From NCBI RefSeq assembly GCF_001194135.2, contig NC_068985.1, positions 67,534,814-67,570,783 of the forward strand: 35,970 bases of DNA. The letters are read 5' to 3'. Position 1 is the first letter of the stretch, and every line of letters begins with the position of its first letter. Positions 34,845-35,970 of the stretch are shown here, piece by piece. The notes below the pieces were generated by a model that searched no databases, was not told the origin of the DNA, and worked only from the letters and a program-made list of their open reading frames with translations. The translations under genes were made by a program, and so were the position numbers. This DNA is from Octopus bimaculoides (Eukaryota).

Positions 34845-35970
34845 ATGGAGGAGTGGCGACGTATGCAGACTTGACCGGTTGGAAGCATACAGTTACAAAT
34901 CTGCACATAAGGCGGCAGGGTTCTTATCTTAACATCGCTAACATGTCTTCATGGACAGGGGCTGTTTTCGGTGGAGAATCCTGTGTCTGAGCAGCCCTTT
35001 TAAGGAGAACACTGCTCACCTGGATATACTGGGAAGGTGCTAGTATAGGTGCATTAAAAATTGTCTGTCCGCACTCTGCTGGTTAGTTTACTGCGGCTAA
35101 CGGTGGTTCAATATAGCAGGAACGAACGAAGAAATATAAGCAATAATAAAAAGTGTGCGAGGTAAAAGGCTTTACTTAACTTGGCATGCTGGAATGTGAG
35201 AACTCTCTTGGATCGAGCGGATAGGCCTGAAAGAAGAACAGCTCTAGTAACTAAGGAGCTGAGACGTCTTAATGTTGATATTGCAGCTCTATCTGAAACA
35301 AGATGTTCAGGTGAAGATCATCTTGTTGAAAGAGCAACCGGCTTCACAGTGTTCTGGGTTTGGAGGCCAAAGGGAGAGAAAAGGGAGGGTGGTATTGGGT
35401 TTGCAATTAGAAGTAATTTACTGAAATACCTAGAACAACCACAAAGTATAAATGACCGCATGATGAAACTCCGGATCCCTCTCTCTTGTGGACGCTTTGT
35501 GACTGTTTTCTCTATCTATGCTCCCACACTCTCAGCAAATGAAGAAAATATCCATGCATTCTATGAGGAACTTAGAAGTAGTATCCTCTCAGTCCCCCTG
35601 AATGAGAAGTTGGTTGTGCTCGGCCATTTCAATGCACGTGTTGGCAGGGACAATAGTGCTTGGAATGTAATTGGGCGGTATGGAATAGGAAAGGTGAACA
35701 AAAATGGTTTACACCTGCTACAAATGTGCTCTGAACTAGGGTTGGCTGTTGGGAACACATGTTTTCACCATAAGCTGAAACATAAAGTCACCTGGATTGA
35801 TCCAAGATCAAAGCAAGGTCACATGATTGACCTTGTATTAACTCGGAAATCTGACCTACAGGATTTGTGTAGTCTCAGAGTATTGCGAGGAGCTGATTGT
35901 GATACTGATCACAAAATGGTTAGGGCTAAGTTCAAATTCAGGGTTCGTACAAGAAAGCGCAGTGCAGGTG
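34845..35970 (+). mobile_element. RTE-clade LINE, 5' UTR and AP-endonuclease domain (continues past the window)
   Basis: Stop-free frame 35166-35970: LACWNVRTLLD...DIAALSETR...GFAI...RMMKLRI...IYAPT...FYEEL...LGHFNARVG...GNTCF...TWIDPRSK..HMIDLVL...DCDTDHKMV. 5' boundary approximate. Confidence 0.92.

Noticed and set aside
1-35970. CRISPR arrays, rRNA, intact tRNA genes, prokaryotic operons
   Set aside because: None seen; the repeats are eukaryotic microsatellites and TE remnants.

Overview
AT-rich, microsatellite-dense eukaryotic genomic DNA from a gapped assembly (8 N-runs, most next to simple repeats). The SINE and LINE families look like coleoid cephalopod (Octopus-type) repeats; this is recognition from memory, not a database result. 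No intact protein-coding gene can be confidently called, and most ORFs in the track are microsatellite or N artefacts. The window is mostly decayed transposons: a probable non-autonomous Helitron, six fragments of RLE-type (R4/Dong-like) LINEs, two Penelope-like elements, a Gypsy gag-protease fragment with an LTR-like segment, two maT-like Tc1/mariner fragments (DD37D counted in one), a CR1/L2-group LINE fragment, three tRNA-SINE copies and the 5' end of an RTE LINE with an open endonuclease frame. The best lead is a short element at 16181-16460 (-) that joins a tRNA-like Pol III head, a microsatellite and a complete minimal type I hammerhead ribozyme. Other leads: (CATA)n versus (TAA)n microsatellite association of the RLE LINEs, a SINE/LINE shared 3' stem-loop with a compensatory change, two fold-back structures built from CA-rich arms, and weak plus-strand exon candidates.
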